Source of the DNA: Candidatus Binatia bacterium
GTDB lineage: Bacteria; Desulfobacterota; Binatia; Bin18
Assembly (NCBI GenBank): GCA_963664395.2
Contig: OY761159.2
Location: forward strand, 2,912,001-2,976,000
Direction: 5' to 3'
DNA: 64,000 bases
The translations under genes were made by a program, and so were the position numbers. The notes under the pieces are model-generated. The model was not told the DNA's origin, did no database searches, and saw only the letters and a list, made by a program, of their open reading frames with translations. Each line of letters opens with the position of its first letter. Position 1 is the first letter of the stretch. Shown here piece by piece: positions 60,107 through 64,000 of this stretch.

Positions 60107-63061
60107 TTATTCAGGGACGCGGCGTACTTTTTTGAGATAGGTAATCGCGGGCTTGGTGTTCAATGAATCAAAGACTTTATACCCTCGTGAATCGTGCGAT
60201 TGCCGGGAAACGTGGCTGGCGGGGTCTTTCATATTGCCAAATGTAATTGCCTGTGTCGGGCAGGTCTGGGCACAGGCCGGCGTGACCTCGCCGTCGCCCA
60301 CCGGGCGGTCTTCGTCTTTCGCTCGGTCTTTACCCGCCTGAATGCGCTGGACACAAAAGGTACATTTTTCCATGACGCCCGGTTCACGTATAGTGACATC
60401 CGGATTGAGCTGAAGATTGAGCGGTTCCGGCCAGTCCGCCTCGCTCCAGTTAAAGCGCCGCACCTTATAGGAACAGTTGTTGGCGCAATACCGGGTACCG
60501 ATACAGCGGTTATATATCTGGGCGTTGAGGCCCTCCGGGTTGTGATAAGTGGCATACACCGGACAGACCGGCTCGCAGGGCGCATTGCCACAATGCTGAC
60601 ACAGCATCGGAGCAAAGCGTACTTCGGGAGCGTCCTCTCTTTCTTTTTGCTCCTCGAAATAACGCTCAATCCGCAGCCAGGACATTTCCCGGCCCTGCGC
60701 GACCATATCCTTACCTACGACCGGAATATTATTTTCCGCATAACAGGCCGTGACACAGGCTCCACAGCCGGTACAGGCGGACAGGTCGATACTCATACCC
60801 CAGCGGTACTCGGCATACTCCAGCTCTGGATACATATCGCGAGCCTGATGCTCCGCGTGGTCCGCTTGGTGCTGTTCGCCGTTCTGTCCTGCCGTTACCG
60901 CTTGGGCGATACCTCGGCCGAGCTGCTGGCGACTGCCGTCCGTTGTGACCAGTGGCGCCCGTTTCCCTGTTCGAGTGAGGTGGACTGTGGTCGAAAGCCA
61001 GGGGAAGCCGCCCGAGGCTGTTTCGGGTTGGGCGGAAAGCAGACGGACCGGGTTGGCGCCATGTCCCTGGGCGTAGCGACCATAACTGCTATGGCCCAGG
61101 CCAATCGGCATAGCCACCGCATCGCGCCGCAGACCGGGGTACAAATAGGCACTCGCCTCGATTGTCCCATGCGGTGAGGTAATCGTCAGCAGGTCTCCCT
61201 CAGCGATCCCCAGGCGTCCGGCGGTCTCAGGATGAATTTCAAGCCAGGAATCCCAGACCGCTTGCGTCATGGGGTCGGGCAGCTCTTGCAGCCAGGGCTT
61301 ATTGGCTCCGCGGCCGTCATAGTAGCGCGACGAAGGATAGGCAATGAATGTCAGCGTGTCTTCGTCCCCTCCGTTGGAGCTGTCAAAAGTCGGCTCGGAA
61401 AAAATTGTCTCAAATACCGTTGAGGAGAGTTGAACCGCTAGCTGCTCTTCCGCTTGCCATACCCCACCCTGTTGCAGCGCGTGTCGCCAGAAGGTGTCAA
61501 AGTCGCCCGGTTCACCAGTCTTGCTCTGCCGTTTTTGCCAGGACGTTTGCAAATACTCGAAAAAATTCTTCCACGGCAGTGATTCCGAGAGCGTCGCATC
61601 AACTTGCGTGGCGACCGACAGTAAGGTATCGCCCAGCGCTTGTGTCTCAAACACGGGCTGCATGACGGGCTGCATCAGGCCATACACGCCGGCTTCGGGA
61701 TGGGAGTCTCCCCAGCTCTCTAAGGGGGTATGATCCGGCAAAATAAGATGCGCCCGTTCTGTTGTTTCATCCAGGAAAGACGAAAAGCTCACCACGAAAG
61801 GCACGTGAGCGAGCGCCTCGGCCAAACCGGAAGACAGCGGCAGGCTAAAGGCCGGATTGGTGTTGGTCAGCAACAGGAGCGGGACTTCTCCACGCCGCAT
61901 CTCAGCCAGCATGGATAACAGGGCTGAATACGAACTGACTTGCTGCGTTGCTTGTGCTTCATAAAAATGGACCGTCTCGCCGATATTGCCGGCTACATAA
62001 TTCAGCAGATTGACCGCAATCAGTGTGGCCGTCTCTTGCCGGGAACTTGTGGCTATGCCACCCCCGATGGCAAGGCTTGGACTGTGGTTGACGAATTCCT
62101 GGGCCAGACGACGGACCGCCGCCACGGGCACTTCTGTCACCTGGGCAACCTGTTCCGGCGAATAGGGCGCGAGAAGTTGGGCGAGCCGTCTCTTTTCTTC
62201 AGAAGGAACTGCACTGCCCGCTAGAATCAGATGCGCCAGCCCCAGGGCAAAGAAGGCTTCCCGGCCAGGCTTAATCGCAATCCATTCGTCCGCATTCGCT
62301 CCGGTGAGCGACATGCGGGATTCGACCTGGACCAATCTCCCCGCCGGCGCGTTCGCCGCACTATGCATCTGGCTAAACGCCTTGGCATAGTGCGTAGGTG
62401 AGCGCCACGTCTCCAGAAAATCAGTACCCAAGCTGATGAGAAAGCGGGCCTTGGCTATAGCATAGGTTGGAATCGAAGACTGCTGAAAACAGACCTGGTT
62501 CGCCTGTCTCAGCGCTTCGAAACCAAACGGTTCATACGTCACCTGGCGGTTTGAACCGAGTGCCTCAAGCCACTTCGTGGCCAACTGATAGACGCTGTCC
62601 GGGAGCTGGCCGGCGAGAAACGTGATCTTGTCTGCCTGTCCCTCTGCCCGTATTTTTTGCAGGCGTTCGACCAGAATCGCTTCCGCCTCCTGCCACGCCA
62701 GGGGTGTGAGCTCTCCAGCCTCATTGCGATACAGCGGCTGGCGGATACGATCCGGGTTATACAGTCCTTGCAAAGACGCCTGTCCGCGTGCACACAAGCC
62801 ACCTTGATTGAGCGGGTGGGATGGATTTCCTTCGACTTTGACGGCCCGCCCTTCTCTGGTCCGAACGACCATGCCACAACCGGCCGGGCATTCCTGACAG
62901 ACGGTGGCATAATACGTGGCCACCCCTGGTGTGATTTCCTCGGGCTGGATAACATAAGGAATAAGGGTTTCAACCGGCTTTGAGGCACAACTGACGACCG
63001 GGGCGGCTGCACTGGCCCCAAGCAGTTTCAAAAAATCTCTTCTGTCGAGTCTACTTCTCAT
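60107..63061 (-). CDS. actB: ActB: molybdopterin oxidoreductase-like domain plus Fe-S domain
   Basis: Tat motif DRRDFLK, WLQELPDP, CTGCGAC, CQHC..APCEPVCP, CIGTRYC, MEKCTFC. Confidence 0.9.
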   Translation of the reverse strand: MRSRLDRRDFLKLLGASAAAPVVSCASKPVETLIPYVIQPEEITPGVATYYATVCQECPAGCGMVVRTREGRAVKVEGNPSHPLNQGGLCARGQASLQGLYNPDRIRQPLYRNEAGELTPLAWQEAEAILVERLQKIRAEGQADKITFLAGQLPDSVYQLATKWLEALGSNRQVTYEPFGFEALRQANQVCFQQSSIPTYAIAKARFLISLGTDFLETWRSPTHYAKAFSQMHSAANAPAGRLVQVESRMSLTGANADEWIAIKPGREAFFALGLAHLILAGSAVPSEEKRRLAQLLAPYSPEQVAQVTEVPVAAVRRLAQEFVNHSPSLAIGGGIATSSRQETATLIAVNLLNYVAGNIGETVHFYEAQATQQVSSYSALLSMLAEMRRGEVPLLLLTNTNPAFSLPLSSGLAEALAHVPFVVSFSSFLDETTERAHLILPDHTPLESWGDSHPEAGVYGLMQPVMQPVFETQALGDTLLSVATQVDATLSESLPWKNFFEYLQTSWQKRQSKTGEPGDFDTFWRHALQQGGVWQAEEQLAVQLSSTVFETIFSEPTFDSSNGGDEDTLTFIAYPSSRYYDGRGANKPWLQELPDPMTQAVWDSWLEIHPETAGRLGIAEGDLLTITSPHGTIEASAYLYPGLRRDAVAMPIGLGHSSYGRYAQGHGANPVRLLSAQPETASGGFPWLSTTVHLTRTGKRAPLVTTDGSRQQLGRGIAQAVTAGQNGEQHQADHAEHQARDMYPELEYAEYRWGMSIDLSACTGCGACVTACYAENNIPVVGKDMVAQGREMSWLRIERYFEEQKEREDAPEVRFAPMLCQHCGNAPCEPVCPVYATYHNPEGLNAQIYNRCIGTRYCANNCSYKVRRFNWSEADWPEPLNLQLNPDVTIREPGVMEKCTFCVQRIQAGKDRAKDEDRPVGDGEVTPACAQTCPTQAITFGNMKDPASHVSRQSHDSRGYKVFDSLNTKPAITYLKKVRRVPE

Positions 63062-63093
63062 AATTGCTTCTTCCGCTTATTGGTTCTGCCGCA

Positions 63094-63684
63094 TCAATAG
63101 TGACACACCAGGCAGTCCTTGCTCGCTTGATGGGCATCATGGCAGGTCACGCACCAGCCCATCTTGAGCGACGCCACCTGTTCAACGCGTTGCATGTGTT
63201 GGACCTCGCCGTGACAGGACTGGCAGGCGACCCCGGCCCGGACATGGCGCTTGTGATTAAAGCGGGTGAAAGCCGGCAGGGCGTGGACGCGAATCCACGG
63301 AATCGGCTCTTGGTTTTTCCAGTAGGTCTGAATTTTTTTGATTTCCGGATTCTCTGTGGGCCTGGTATGGCAGCCCATACACGTCTGGACTGGCGGCACA
63401 TGGGCCGCTGGTGAGACGCGCGCCGCACTGTGGCAGTACAGGCAGTCCAGACCATATTCGCCCGCGTGCAGCTTATGGCTGAAGGCAATAGGCTGTTTGG
63501 GTGCATTCCCCCAGCCTGTCAGTCCCCAGTCGAGTAATTGGTAATCCCACCACACGGCTTTCCCGGATTGCCAGACCCGACCGCTCACATCGGGTCGATA
63601 GCGTACTGCTGACAGCCCAGCGAGGAGTGCCACCACAAGCAGAGTGATCCGAAAAACAGACAGTGAATGTATAGGCAACCGCAT
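63094..63684 (-). CDS. actA: Pentaheme cytochrome c (ActA)
   Basis: QPIAFSHKLH and five CxxCH motifs; C-terminal CHY. Confidence 0.9.
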   Translation of the reverse strand: MRLPIHSLSVFRITLLVVALLAGLSAVRYRPDVSGRVWQSGKAVWWDYQLLDWGLTGWGNAPKQPIAFSHKLHAGEYGLDCLYCHSAARVSPAAHVPPVQTCMGCHTRPTENPEIKKIQTYWKNQEPIPWIRVHALPAFTRFNHKRHVRAGVACQSCHGEVQHMQRVEQVASLKMGWCVTCHDAHQASKDCLVCHY

Positions 63685-64000
63685 AGCGCCCTATCTCGCG
63701 ACACGCCCTCCCTCCGCGGCGCGAGGGTCTTCTCCATATCTCATCTGTCTCTTTTCAGCCAGCACGGGCGGGAGTGCCTTCCACACGGGTCTTTTGGTCT
63801 GCTGTGACCGTCAACGAACGAGAGTGCTCTCCGAGTTCCTCATCGTCCTCTTTACTCCTTCTATCTGGTCCTGTTGGGGGGTGTATAGCAGAGTTTTGGG
63901 ACAGACAAGACAGAGGCCGTTGCGGTGTGAGACTTTTCATGGCTCTTGGCGTTCGTATGAGAGAAGTACCGCGGCCTGCACCGCCGTGGTAGGGATCAAA

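Overview
Bacterial chromosomal window, GC-rich, with gene order resembling deltaproteobacteria/Binatota (inferred, not tested). The left third is housekeeping: meaB, Zn-ADH, xerD, glnD, amidase, ahcY, metK, HPr, ptsN, rpoN, lptBAC, kdsA, pyrG, kdsB, a short mutY and two ArnT-like genes. The middle is accessory: an AT-richer two-gene islet with a tracrRNA-like RNA, a truncated TonB receptor followed by REP remnants, a RelE/Phd toxin-antitoxin pair, a membrane pyrophosphatase, a CoA transferase, two tandem TonB receptors (one frameshifted) and a BCCT transporter. The right third holds pqqABCDE (pqqA is absent from the ORF track), an RRM gene with an apparent AUC start, and an alternative complex III operon. 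The standout is a ~4 kb type II-C CRISPR cassette: a 7-repeat array, a 1046 aa Cas9 with intact catalytic motifs, and a tracrRNA. Its cas1-cas2 genes were removed by a clean deletion that left both gene ends as a fused scar. The cassette sits between two diverged copies of the last 20 codons of the neighbouring transporter gene, with no integrase or transposase. A second RNA sharing the tracrRNA 3' hairpin layout lies ~19 kb away. All calls were made by eye from motifs; no database search or folding program was run.
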